Of a stretch of DNA of 64,000 nt, positions 23,501-35,569 are shown one piece after another. The translations under genes and the position numbers were made by a program. Each line of letters begins with the position of its first letter. Within the stretch, counting starts at the first letter, position 1. The notes beneath the pieces are model-generated. The model ran no database searches and was not told the DNA's origin. It was given only the letters and a program-made list of their open reading frames with translations. This DNA is from Octopus bimaculoides. Its lineage: Eukaryota. The DNA is taken from contig NC_068981.1 in NCBI RefSeq assembly GCF_001194135.2, positions 192,423,729 through 192,487,728 of the forward strand, read 5' to 3'.

Positions 23501-26500
23501 AGTCGATATGACAACTCAGCAACTTATTCTCAAAATCCAAGGTGGTCGTGCTTTCCTTGACCATCTCAGACAGCCTCCTGGTCAGCCAGCCCAGTCGTAT
23601 TTTCAACTTCACATTTTATTTGAAAACCAAAGATTCAACACGCAACGTGTACCATGTACTTGTGATCCTGCCATAACTGGAGAGTTCCATCTCAAGTTCA
23701 GTAAATCTACACAAGGTTAGTAGTGACAGTTATGCACTTTTATATAATAATAATAATAATAATAAATGCCCTGGTGCAGTACCAGGCTGTGGCTCTCATG
23801 GCTTCTAATCTTAACTGATTGGAAGTGTTATCATGTACATTGTTTTGTCTTGGTATAAAAAAAGATGGGCTGCAGCAAATATTCTGCTCAATACCACAGA
23901 TTTGCGTGTCGGTTGTTTGACCATAACCAGTTGAGCATGTTCCTTGGTGGCTGACGATATGTGCATCTCTGATCACGAGGAGAAGTAGTGGGAGAGCATC
24001 ACAGCCATGTGCTGAGAGGAATTCTTTGGGGTTTGCATAATTCACTTTTGGGTGTTTCATTCAACATCTTTGTTTCATTCAACATCTTTAAACAACCCTT
24101 ATTCAAAGACCTTTTGAATGGGAAGGGCTACTCGACCTGAAGAAAATTCTAACTGGGCTCCACCTGCAAGGTCATGCGCTATTTATCTTGATATAAGATC
24201 ACAATGTCATGCACATATGGTTGTGATGCATATGTCATTCACATATGGTTGGGATGCATATTTTGCCCCAGTGTCACTTTGGCATGCACTGCTCTCTCAC
24301 TCAACAATAATAATAATAATAATAATAATATAATAGTAATCAATTATCCCCCCTCTCCTAAAATTTTAGAGCTTGTGCCTGAAATTTTTTGGAAGGAGAT
24401 TAGGTGATTACATCATCCCCAGCACTTGATTGGTACTTCATTTATTGACCTCCAAAAGGATGAAAGGCAAAGTTGACCTTGGCAGAAATTGAACTCAGAA
24501 TGCAAATTTCGAAGAAATGCTGCTAAGCATTTTGTTTGGTATAGTAATGACTGCTAACTCGTCAGGTAGTTTGAAGGAACAGGCAAAAGGTGTTGTTGGA
24601 AGTTCTATGCTACATGGCACTGAGCAGTGATGGTCATTGCTTTGTAGAATCCAAAGGTACCTGCAAGATTTGTGCCCTCCTTTATGTGGCAAGTAATCTT
24701 ATTTAGGTGTAACATTGCTTCTCCAATATTGGAGGCAGAAAAATAATAATTATAGTTATAATAATATAAAAATGATTTCTAATTTTGGTACAAGGTCAAC
24801 TATTTTTGAGGGGATGGGGAAGTAGATTGCATTGACCTCAGTACAAATATCCAGTTTGATTGTTTCTTTAATAAGGTGTTTCTTAATTATTAAAGCATAT
24901 TTACTCTTTTTCTAATGACTGATATTTATTTTTTTTTTCAGCTCTTACAAGTGTTGCTGATTTATTAACAATATCAGATAAAATCAATATTGTTTTAATA
25001 CGAACTAATAACATGGGTGAGAACTTCTTGGTTGCTTCCCATATGTATGACTGGCGGCCTGTTCTGTCTAAGGGAGAAATGACTGCCTCCATTGATTTAA
25101 TAGGAACAGGTAATCTAAATTTCTGGAATTAATTTACATTTTGTGTTTACCAAACCTGAATGAATTAAATGCTTGTGATAGTGATTGAATGAATGAATAT
25201 TTATTTCTTTATTGCCCACATAGGGCTAAACATAGAGTGGACAAACAAGGACATACAAAGGGATTAAGTCGATTACATCGACCCCAGTGCATAACTGGTA
25301 CTTATTTAATTGACCCCGAAAGGATGAAAGGCAAAGTTAACCTCGGTGGAATTTGAACTCAGTACATAACAGCAGATGAAATACAGCTAAGCATTTCGCC
25401 CAGCGTGCTAACGATTCTACCAGCTCACTGCCCTTTGAATGAATGAATATTACCATCATCATGGGTGTGGGTCAGGTTGGTGATGGTGCCACAGACACAA
25501 CCTCCACTCCTTGATGCATAAGTCTTGTCTGAAAGTCAAGACTGGTAAGTCCTGTACATTCCATCAAGGTCTTTGATGTGACAGTAACAAAGGGATTAAA
25601 GACACTACTTGCTTCTCTTAACATTAATCACTGAACTGTAAAAAGCACCTGTGCTAGCACTGCATAAAAAGCACCCAGTACACTCTGTAAAGTGGGTTAT
25701 ATTAGGAAGAGCATCCTGCCATAGAAACCATATCAAATCAGACAACTGGAATTTGGTGCAGCCCTCCAGCTTGCCAGGTCAAACCATCCAACCCATGCCA
25801 GTGTAAAAAAAAAAAAAATTATATAAGTAAACTGTTTGGATATTTTACATCTTTGGAATAAGTTCCTGATGAATAATCTATGGTTGTGTCATCTCTATCA
25901 TCATCATCATCATTTAACATCTGTTTTCCATAATGCCATGGTATAGACGGTTTGACTGGAGCTGGTAAGCCAGAGAGTTGCACCAAGCTCCGGTGGTTAT
26001 TGATAAATAATCAATGGCTGTGTAGTTATTGAGGAATATTCAATGTCTGTTATGAAGTTTGCTTTGTAAGTACATGATTTGGTGTCTGATCTCACCACTT
26101 GCTCTTAATGTAACTGTCCTATTGCATAGCCGTTTGTCGACAGTTTTGTAGTTGGTAATACTGGAATTCTGTCTATGTGGACTGTTGTCAATCCTGAATA
26201 GTAGACTCAATCCATCATCTGGTTTAATCCATTCAAAACAGTCCCTGATTCTGACACAAACTTCTTATTTTAAAATGATCTAAATTAAATCCTTTACTAG
26301 TTGAGAAGTCATGTCTCTCTATGATCAAGGGAGTCGGGTTATCTACCAAGGGGCCTCACAGTGACAGTCTAAGGCCACTAGAGATATGTCATATAAAAAC
26401 ATCTCTGTAATTATAAATTTATACAAGAAACTATTTAGAAAACCTATTTATATGTGATATATTATTTATTTATTATGGAGGCAGTGACAAGCGACCGAGT

Positions 26501-29500
26501 CCTTTGGCAATATACTGTGCTTGAGAAGATTTGTCAAGCCAAGTGAGGTCGTTAGTCATGCCTACCAGTGTTTCGGAACTGCCACCCATGCCAGTGGCAC
26601 GTAAAAAGCATCCACTAGATTCTTGGAGTGGTTGGCATTAGGAAGGGCATCCAACTGTAGAAACTTTGCCAAATCAGATTGAAATCTGGTGCAGCTCCTT
26701 AGCTTACAAGTTTTCAGTCAAACCGTCCAACCATCCAACCCAAGCTAGCAGAGAAAACAGACATTAAATGATGATGCTGGTGATGATATATGTTATCATC
26801 ATCATCATCGTTTAACGTCCGCTTTCCATGCTAGCATGGGTTGGACGATTTGACTGAGGACTGGTGAAACCGGATGGCAACACCAGGCTAGACATGGTTC
26901 TCAGATCCTGTTGACGCATTCAGTTCATGGGAAGCAGACATAAAATGATGATGATGATTTTAAAATTAGTAAAATAAAATAAATTGTTTTCTTTTATTCC
27001 TTTTTAGGTGGAGTTCCTGTGGGTTTGTTGGAAATACAATTACAGTTGTTTCCGAATTTATCTATGAATCCATCAAAGGAAGCTGTTACCAAACAAACAG
27101 AGTCTGAAACGGAAAGTCAGCGCATGAAAGAGAAGAAGTTTATAGCTTATGCCAACAGTTGGTGGAGTGAATATCTACAAATAAATGACACTTTCAAAGA
27201 TAGAATTGTGAAAATATTTGCTCAGGTTTGAGTTGTTCTATCTATCTTTAAAATTATTGTCAAACTGAAATTGTATTAAGTTTACATGGGTTGGCATTAA
27301 ACTAGGACTACTGCTAACCACAACATCACCATCATAGAGGTGGTGGTGGTGTCTTTCTGTCTTTATGTTTGTCATTCTATTTTCATGGTTTGATAGGGCT
27401 TTACACTCATTTGCAAAGATTGTTTGTGTGAAGAAACAAGAATTATTAAAACTGTAAAACCATTTTGGCAACTTCCCTAGTGCTGCTGCTACTAAAAAGT
27501 GCCTAGTACATGCTGTAAAGTAGTTGGCATTAGGAAGGGTATTCAGCCATAAAAACCATGCTAAAGCAAGCCTTGGAGTACAATGGATCTTGTCAAACAG
27601 TCCAACCCATGCCAACATGGAATATAGATGTTAAATGATGATGATATTCAGTTTGTTTGGGGTACCTAACTTTCTAAAATGAGTTACCCTCACAATGGTC
27701 GAGAAGTCATCTCTCTCATTTCAAAATAAATTAAATTTCAGATTTGTATTGGAAACATGACAAAATAGACAGTAGAGCACAATGCAGTCCTTCGAGCCGT
27801 ACCCTCATGAAAATCAGTTACCTATATCTGCCAAAATTACAGAAATATTTTTATAAAATGAAATGGAATAATTTTGTTAGCTAATATCTCTTGTAAAAGA
27901 TATTTTTATGTTTTCATTCTCATGTTTCAGGATGAAAACTCCAAAAACCGTTTTGTTTGTTCGTTTGTAAAACGTCTCAAAGCCAACCGATTGTTGAGTT
28001 CTGCACGAGAGGCAGCACGGTTTGTCAGTCTAATCCCTGTTGGAAAATCAGAGACAATAGGACATGCAATGACATCAGAAAGATGGACTTCAATGCATTC
28101 TTTTCTGTGTTGTAATAAAGGAGTGAGTAATTCAATTCTCCTTTTCTTTTCTTTTTTATCTACCAGTGCTCAGTTGGCTTCTGTTTATAGTTTCTTTCAC
28201 GTTTGTGGTATTTGTAGCTTGGTCATTAGTTTGTATTGTTGCTGTATAAAGTTTATATCAGTTGGCATTAAATTAGGACATTGATTGGTGTCTGCAGCAA
28301 TTAGGCTGTTGGTAGAGAGTTCATCAGAGAGTTAATTAAGCTCTGCTGTAATGATGAGTGAAAGTATAACATTTCAGGACCTTTGCTTTGTTTTGAGAGA
28401 GTGAGGGAAGAAGAGAGAGAGAGAGAGAAAAAGAGAGGGTGTTGTTAGTTGGGTTGTTGACCTATACTTTATCTCTTTTCTTCACCCTTTCATTTAAAAG
28501 CCAAGCATCTCAATCAGTGGTTCTCAACCATTTTAATATCCAGGCCAGATCCAAAACCTGGATTTCTTTGAGGAGGCCACACCAAAAAAAGTAGAACACA
28601 AGTCAAAGAAAAATTTATTATATTTATCAAGAGAAGACTGTTGAGGACTGCTGGAAGGATGCTTTGAGAGCTGCATGAGGCCCTGGGAGCTGCAGTTGGC
28701 AGCTGCTGATCTAAATGTTAGATTCTATATTCCTCACAGTATTTAACTCTCATTGATTAAATCAACATTAGCTAACAATCAGATTAATTATTCGCAGATG
28801 GAAATAATTATTCATATTGTAATGGTTTCCAAATTATAATTGATGTTCCTGTGTATATAACAATGTATATATAAATATTGAATGACATCAGGTAAAATGG
28901 GACAATATATTATAGCTAGTACTGTTCTACATTTTTATACACACTGTTTTTATACATGTTATAAATTTTATAGACTCTTTTTATATATATTGTTTTTATA
29001 TTATAAATCTTACACACCATTGTCATATATAGAAATTTAATACACACTAGATATATATATTTTATAGATTTTATATAAACTGTTTTTACACACAAATTTA
29101 TACACACCGTTTTTATACAAATAAATCTTATACTCAATCTTAATGTAAGGCTGTTTCTAAGTGTGTATATTATTATCACTGTTGTAATTTTATTTCTCCA
29201 GGGATCCATGGATCATGCTATTTTATTGTGTAGTCTGTTGCTTGGCTTTGGTCTAAATGCATATGTATGTGTAGGAACCAAGTCAAAAGGCAGTATCCAC
29301 TTTTGGGTTGTTACAATCAGCTGTGAAGGACTGGTAACATTTTGGGAGAGTTTAACTGGTCTTACGTAAGTTAGTCTCCACATTTTTTTAAAACTCGAAT
29401 TCTTCAAGAAATATGTATAGTGTTAATTTGAAAGTCAGAATGTAGTTATAAGCAAGAATATGTCTTAATTAGTTATTAAACAACATCAGCATACTGACCA

Positions 29501-30826
29501 TACTCAAATATTGCAAAGAACCCGACCATGTGGTCTAGGGATCAGTCTCACTGCATGATACTTTGACTAAGTCTTCTACTTTAGTCTTAGGCTGACCAAA
29601 GCCTTATGAGTGGATTCAGTTGACAGGAACTGAAAAGAAGCCTGTCCTATATCTATGTTTGTGTGTATCCTTGCCTTGATATCATGTGATAGTTGTAAAC
29701 AAGCATCACCCTCATACAAACAGTGTTTGTTTCCTGCCTTTCATGGACAACATGTCTGGCAATGGGTAAATACCTTACTTAGAAACAGGTGACAGGGAGA
29801 GCATCCAGCCATAGAAAATTAGCCTCAACAAACTCCCTCTAGCCCATGCAGGTATGGAAAAGACATTAAATGATGATGATTATACATGTACTTGTGTGTG
29901 TGTGTGTGTACATGAATGATAGTCTTCTGTACAGTTTCACTCGCAAGGTTTAGTTAACCTGTGCAGTGGGATCAAACCTGTGCTCTTTGTCAACAATATT
30001 AGGACAGGATATTAAATGAATCAGTTGTATGCCTAATGTTTGTAATCTTTTTTTAAGAAATCACCATCATTGTTTTAATGTCGACTTTTCGATGCTTGCA
30101 TGGGTTGGATCCTTGAAGAAGACACTTGCCCATGGTGCTGCATAGTGAGATTGAACCTGATACCTATGGTTCAAAAGCTCACTTAACCACACAGCCACGT
30201 CTGTGCTCATGTTGTTTTCTATTCTGTGTATTGTGGACTAGAAGGCTATATCACTTGTGATACTGTCATGATTAAATGCATCCTGTACAATTCTACATTC
30301 TATTGGAAGGTTTCAATTTACATTACTTTAACCTTTTCGTTACCATATTCCTGTTGAATTATATTGTCTTTGTTTCAATTAATTTTAAAATTAATGAATA
30401 ATGAAATAACTTTGTTACTATTAAGCTGGTTTTTGGGTCTTGATTTAACACCTTTTGATGGTTGATTTGAATTTTTAATACTTTAGAAATAGAAGTTTGT
30501 ATCATAGAACCAAAGTCAGTCTCAGGCAGGATGGTGTCAAAAGGGTTTATTAAAAGATAATTTTCAACTCAAAAATTGATTTCCTCCATAAAGCTGGGAG
30601 AGATAATTTTAAAAAAGCGTTTTAATTTTTTTTTGTAGGTATATTCATAAACCTTTAGATCAAAATAATCCACCTCTGGCCAAGAAATATGCTCATCCTA
30701 TGCCTTACAGAACTGTAGGATGTATCTTTAATCATTGTCAATTCTATGCCAATTGTCAGGTAAATATATTTATTATATCTATTTCTCAAAACAGATAATT
30801 TTTCATATACATCTACTCATTTGTCC

Positions 30827-30870
<44 letters not shown>

Positions 30871-33800
30871 TCATCATCATCATCATCATCAATTAACATC
30901 TGCTTTCCAGGCTGGCATGGGTTAGACTGTTTGGCTGGAACTGGTAAGCCGGGGAGCTGCTCCAGGATCCAGTCTGATTTGGCTTGGTTTCTACAACTGG
31001 ATGCCCTTCCTAATGCCAACCACTCCATCATGTAAAAGCACCCATTACACTCTTGGAGTAGTTGGCATTAGGAAGGGCATCCAGCCGTAGAAATCATGTC
31101 AAATCAGACTGGAGTCTGTGCAGCCCCTCGGCTTTCTAGCATGGACAACAGGCATTAAATGACGTGTATGTATATAGATACACACACATACACACATGTT
31201 TATATTAATAGCTTTTGTCAGAAATGATATCAGTTCTCTTGCATCCATGCATTGCATTAAGAAAACAAAAGTTAGCACAGAGCCTTAGTCACTTAAAAAC
31301 ATAATTGTTTGTAATCATTATCTAAAGTTTAAATATCATACACATGAACTGATGTAAGAATAATTAATCATAAATGGCTATTAGTCATTGAATGGAATAT
31401 AAAAAAGTTGCTCTTTAACTGCAGGCCAGTCTGATTCAGCAGATGTTCTAGCTGTGACCATCCTGTCTTTCAAATAGCTGTATATCTATGACTAGACTGT
31501 CCAATATGTCCTGTTTTGAAATGGTATTTCTAAAGATTGAGCATAGATGTGCCTTTGTTGGTTCACATCTGAAGAGCATTATAACCTATGATGTTATATG
31601 ACAGATGGAGAATATACAAGGTACAAGGATGATAAAAACTGATCTGACTGTAGAATTAAACTACTCAAGGAATGTCATACAGAAATATGTTTCTTTATAG
31701 ATCTATTCAACCCATATATGTGAAAAGGGATGTTAAATCTATGATAATAAAGAGCAAAACAATCTGAATTGTCCGATATTTTTCATATTATTTCTGATAT
31801 TTTTCATATTATTTCTGATATTTTTCATATTATTTCTGATATTTTTCATATTAGAATGTTTTTATAGATTTTTCTTTTTTTTGTATTTGTATTGCATACA
31901 GTAGTAAAATATTTCCTTTAAAATTATTTCACCAGTCAAGTGATGCCATAGAGATATGTGAATTCAATGTAAAAGTATCAAGCAGTTGGAAATCTATGTC
32001 TGAGAATGCCATCTGGTCAATTTGTGAACCTTCTTCTTGTCCTCTCTGGCCTCCACTTTGCCCACTTAGACGTAATCCATTTGACACAGTGAAATATAGT
32101 GATCTTCTTGAGAAGCAACTTTGTGATTTAGTCGTTGCATACAGACAGGTAATATAAATATGTTCTGAAATATTGATTTAACCAGTTCATCATGTTATTT
32201 GGAAGAGTTAATATTTTTTTTTTCAGTGAAATATTCCCAAACTTTGGTTCAAGTTAATTTATTTATATTATTCTTATTGTCCTCATAAAGGAACCTCTGC
32301 ACAGAAGCCTATCATATATATGTGTCCATGATTGTGCTTATCTTTACTGGTATAAAAAAACCAGTGTTGTGTCAAGAACTGTTACTTAGTAATTTGACAA
32401 AATGTAGATCAATAAAATAAATACCAGATTGAAATCAATTCATTCAATTAAAAATTCTTCAAGTTGGTGCCCCAGCATGGCCGTAGTCTAATGACTGAAA
32501 CAAATAAAAGAGAAAAGAATGTTCTAATGATTTTGCCAACTTGCTGCCTGTGGCAATAATAATGAAAGTATTGTTATTATTTATTTTCCAGAATGAAGGT
32601 CTCACAACTCAGTGGGATCACGAACTTTCTTACTTACTGACATCTTTGCTGTCTTCTCATGAATGTGAACGAATTACAGGTAACCACTCATTTTAATCTC
32701 AGCTAACTTCACGGTTTCAGGTTCAGCCCCATTGTGGCACTTTGGGAATGTTTTTCATGCTGTAGGGACCATGCCAAAACAGACAACTGGAGTGTGGTGC
32801 AGCTCTCTGGCTTGTCAGCTCCTTCCTGTCAAACTGTCCAACCCATGCCAACATGGAAAACATGTTAAATGACGATGGTTTCTCAAGGAAAAAAAATAGA
32901 TGTAAAATCGAACTACAGAACTGCTACTCTTCCATAACGTGTGTAGCATACAGTAAACCATGTTGATTAGTCTAAATTATACAGTCATTTTATAATTAGC
33001 CCTGGAACAATGACTCTGGTGAGCTTAGATGATAGTCGTCAACGTTTAGTCTCCAGATTCTCTGCTACTTTGCATTGATGGTTTGACAGGATCTGTTGAG
33101 CCAGAGGATCTGTCTTCTTTGCCATGGTCTCAATGGCTGGATAGCCTTCCTGATACTAACCACTTTGCTGCATTATATATTACTAGCAACACCTAAATAA
33201 ATTCCATGGTTATTTTGAAAACTCTTAGATTGTTGTTAGTTTATACAGAACCAAGAAATACATAAATTCTTTTGAAATTGTATTTTCTGAAGCATTTCAT
33301 TTTTGAGATGATGTAACGTCCACACAGGTAGTATAGAAGGTGCAGCCTTTGGAGTGAACATCTTTGAAAACTATATTCTTTGTTATGCTCTTTACAGTTA
33401 TCACTTATCTTTTATGTCAAGAAGTGAATGTGCTTCAGAAAGTATTACATATATTGTCCATGAGAATGTACTCTTTTAGATTTTATTAATTATGTGAAAT
33501 CTTTGCTTATGAAGGTTTTACTGCTGGTAACGAAGAATTTCAAGATGCCTTGCAGCAAGCAATTCCTGAGAAACATACTTTCAGTGGTTTTCCGATTCAG
33601 CAAAAACACACAAACATTAAAAAGTTGTTTCATGAAGCTCTGAAGTAAGTTTTTAGCTTTTATTTTCATTTGTGTTTTTTTGTTAAAAAAAAATTGAAAT
33701 TTTATTATATATACATGGCTGTGTGGTTGAGAAGCTTGCTTCCCAATCATGTCTCAAGCTCAGCCCCACAACACAACTTGATTTAATGTCTTCTGTTATA

Positions 33801-35333
33801 TTCTGGGCCAACCAAAGTCTTGTGGGTGAATATGGTAGATGGAAACTGAAAGAAGACCATGTTAATGTGTGTGTGATTGTGTTTCCTCATTTTGTCATTG
33901 TGAGATAATTGTAAATGAGTGCCATTCACACGATCAGTGGCTTTTCATTTCCAATCTTTCGGGAAAATATGGCTGGCTATGGGAGAAACATTACCTTGCT
34001 TGGTGACAGGAAAGGTGTCTGGCTATAGAAAATCTGCCTCAGTGAACCCTGTTTGACCCATATGGACATTAAAATGGTGATGATGATGATGATGATTTAA
34101 ATTAGGTAGTATAAAATGTGGGTGAATGAAGTTTGTACATTATTGGGGCTGTCTGGAACAGTTAAGCAGTAGGGCTCCTACACACACACCAGTAATATAC
34201 ATTAAAATAAAGTTACTTGACCAGTGGGATAGCACTGTACCTCACATCTTATTGTGATTATACATAACATCTATCATGTTTAACCTCAGGTTAATCCTGA
34301 TATAGCAGAACTATGATCAACCAGGACCATCCTATTTTTGTATGTGTATTGGAATGCATTACCTTCTGTATCTTTGCTTATTTTAAGCCAGTAGAGTGTG
34401 ATATGAGGGAAATTTGGTTACTGGTTCTAGCAGGTGGAGGTTCCTTCATTGACATGTTATGTTAGAAAGTGATTCAATTTCATGTTTATTAAAACCCCTG
34501 AAATATTTTATTAAAAGTTATGACCTTTGTCAAGTAAATACTCTTGGACTTAGTGAAACATTTACTTTTTCTATTCAGCTTGTATGTATTGTTTCACTCA
34601 CTCCCCTAATTACATTGTTTGTTACATTTACTTAGAGTGAACAGAGACGAGTAGAGAAGACACTTTAGTGTTGCAGAGGACAAAGCAAACTCCCTGTTAT
34701 TGGTGTCATGAAAATTGCACTCTATACACTCTGTAAATGTGTTAGGAAAGACATGCAACCATAGAAGCCACGCTGCCTCCCAAAATGGAACATACGAGTA
34801 AGATGTTCTCCAAAATGTTTCGGAAGGCAATAACTCCTCTGCGTAAGAACTGTTTCGGACTATGACAACTTGTTCAACAGTGATGATGATAGCACCATCA
34901 TCATCATCGTTGTTATTGCAGCAAGCTGGCAGAATTGTTAGCTGCATTTCTACTGGTTCTTTATGGTCTCAGTTCAAATGCTGCCAAGGTGTTTATTTTA
35001 TCAACTCTGAAAAGGGTAAGAGGGTAAGTCAACCCTGGTAGCATTTGGACACAGAGTGTAAAGTCAGAAGAAATGCTGTTAAGCATCTTTAACAGTGCGG
35101 TAACAATCCTGCCAACTCACTGTTTTCAATTACTGATATTTATTAATTACTAATAATATAATAACTGATATTTCTCTCATTGTCTTTTTCTCAGGTCCTC
35201 TGTTTGTCAAGACATCATTTCATGCCGAGGAGACAAAGTCCGCCTGTCCGTCAGAGTCTGTGTTTTTCCCTACCCTGAAAGTGTATGTGCAATGTGGGCC
35301 ATGTTTGCTTGTGTTTGCCAAAGGATTATTTAA
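15357..35333 (+). CDS. CEP76: Centrosomal protein of 76 kDa, spliced gene with 12 coding exons (1917 nt, 638 aa)
   Basis: Exons 15357-15419, 18761-18962, 23497-23715, 24942-25109, 27008-27225, 27931-28122, 29202-29365, 30639-30759, 31936-32148, 32592-32679, 33515-33644, 35195-35333. All introns GT..AG, all phases compatible. Translation is collinear with vertebrate CEP76 as recalled (GG.AFL.HL, WW.EYLQI, DHA.LLCSLLLG.G, FWESLTG, PYRT.GC.FNH, AGNEEFQDA, CRGD.VRL.VRV). Confidence 0.96.
18761..18962 (+). CDS. CEP76: CEP76 exon 2
   Basis: ttttcag acceptor, A|gtgagt donor; DVMKQLKENGTIDSLLKDV resembles DLIKALRRRGIIDDVMKEL. Confidence 0.88.
19871..20084. mobile_element. TTAA-CCCTTT MITE of a related family
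   Basis: ttaaccctttagcatttaaacc ... acagggttga; second decayed copy near 49523-49712. Confidence 0.55.
20740..20777 (-). ncRNA. Minimal variant hammerhead-like motif on the minus strand
   Basis: UCUUU-CUGUCAAA-GAGC(AUAG)GCUC-GAAAC-GUU-AAAGA: perfect 5-bp stem I, 4-bp stem II, palindromic AACGUU; non-canonical core. Confidence 0.5.
22769..22869 (+). ncRNA. Type I hammerhead ribozyme-like fold at PLE 3' terminus (one stem I mismatch)
   Basis: CUGAAGA 22782-22788; stem II GAAGAU/AUCUUC; GAAA 22847-22850; palindromic ACAUGU; GUC cleavage triplet 22854-22856. Confidence 0.65.
23497..23715 (+). CDS. CEP76: CEP76 exon 3 (start of C2 domain)
   Basis: tttttag acceptor; LILKIQGGRAFLDHL...FENQRFNTQRVPCTCDP; G|gttagt donor. 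Confidence 0.95.
23746..24335. mobile_element. Element embedded in (AAT)n, copy 1 (R4/Dong-like targeting inferred)
   Basis: About 560 bp, highly similar to 54530-55124; both copies have (AAT)n at both ends. Confidence 0.6.
24942..25109 (+). CDS. CEP76: CEP76 exon 4
   Basis: LLTISDKINIVLIRTNNMGENFLVASHMYDWRPVL...DLIGTG; not in ORF track; phase 1-1. Confidence 0.93.
27008..27225 (+). CDS. CEP76: CEP76 exon 5
   Basis: VGLLEIQLQLFP...YANSWWSEYLQI...RIVKIFAQ|gt. Confidence 0.95.
27931..28122 (+). CDS. CEP76: CEP76 exon 6
   Basis: DENSKNRFVCSFVKRLKANRLL..AREAARFV...FLCCNKG|gtgagt. Confidence 0.95.
29202..29365 (+). CDS. CEP76: CEP76 exon 7 (transglutaminase-like core)
   Basis: GSMDHAILLCSLLLGFGLNAYVCVGTKSKGSIHFWV...TFWESLTG; AC|gtaagt donor. 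Confidence 0.96.
30328..30549 (+). mobile_element. TTAA MITE, older copy in CEP76 intron 7
   Basis: ttaaccttttcgttaccatattcctg ... ggtgtcaaaagggttta; internal similarity to 45188-45414. Confidence 0.6.
30639..30759 (+). CDS. CEP76: CEP76 exon 8
   Basis: YIHKPLDQNNPPLAKKYAHPMPYRTVGCIFNHCQFYANCQ|gtaaat. Confidence 0.95.
31775..31853. repeat. 21-bp tandem repeat, about 3.8 copies
   Basis: (gatatttttcatattatttct)n, about 80 bp upstream of the CEP76 exon 9 acceptor. Confidence 0.9.
31936..32148 (+). CDS. CEP76: CEP76 exon 9
   Basis: SSDAIEICEFNVKVSSSWKSMSENAIWSIC...LEKQLCDLVVAYRQ|gtaata. Confidence 0.93.
32592..32679 (+). CDS. CEP76: CEP76 exon 10
   Basis: NEGLTTQWDHELSYLLTSLLSSHECERIT; G|gtaacc donor. 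Confidence 0.93.
33515..33644 (+). CDS. CEP76: CEP76 exon 11
   Basis: FTAGNEEFQDALQQAIPEKHTFSGFPIQ...; AA|gtaagt donor. Confidence 0.95.
35195..35333 (+). CDS. CEP76: CEP76 exon 12 (terminal, TAA)
   Basis: SSVCQDIISCRGDKVRLSVRVCVFPYPESVCAMWAMFACVCQRII*. Confidence 0.95.
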
Positions 35334-35569
35334 ACAGTATTTCATTGCATAATCATTTTTACAAATGATTCCTCATCAATTTCCATCAAACTCGAATTTT
35401 TACGATAACCTGATAAGTAAGAATCATTAAGATTAATCAGACTAATTAGACATGTTATTAACTTTTGTTGTTATACATTTTGTTAGTGTGAATCTTCTTC
35501 AGCTGCACAGTTTTACTTATTTATATATATATATATATATATATATTCATTTATAATTATATAATATAA

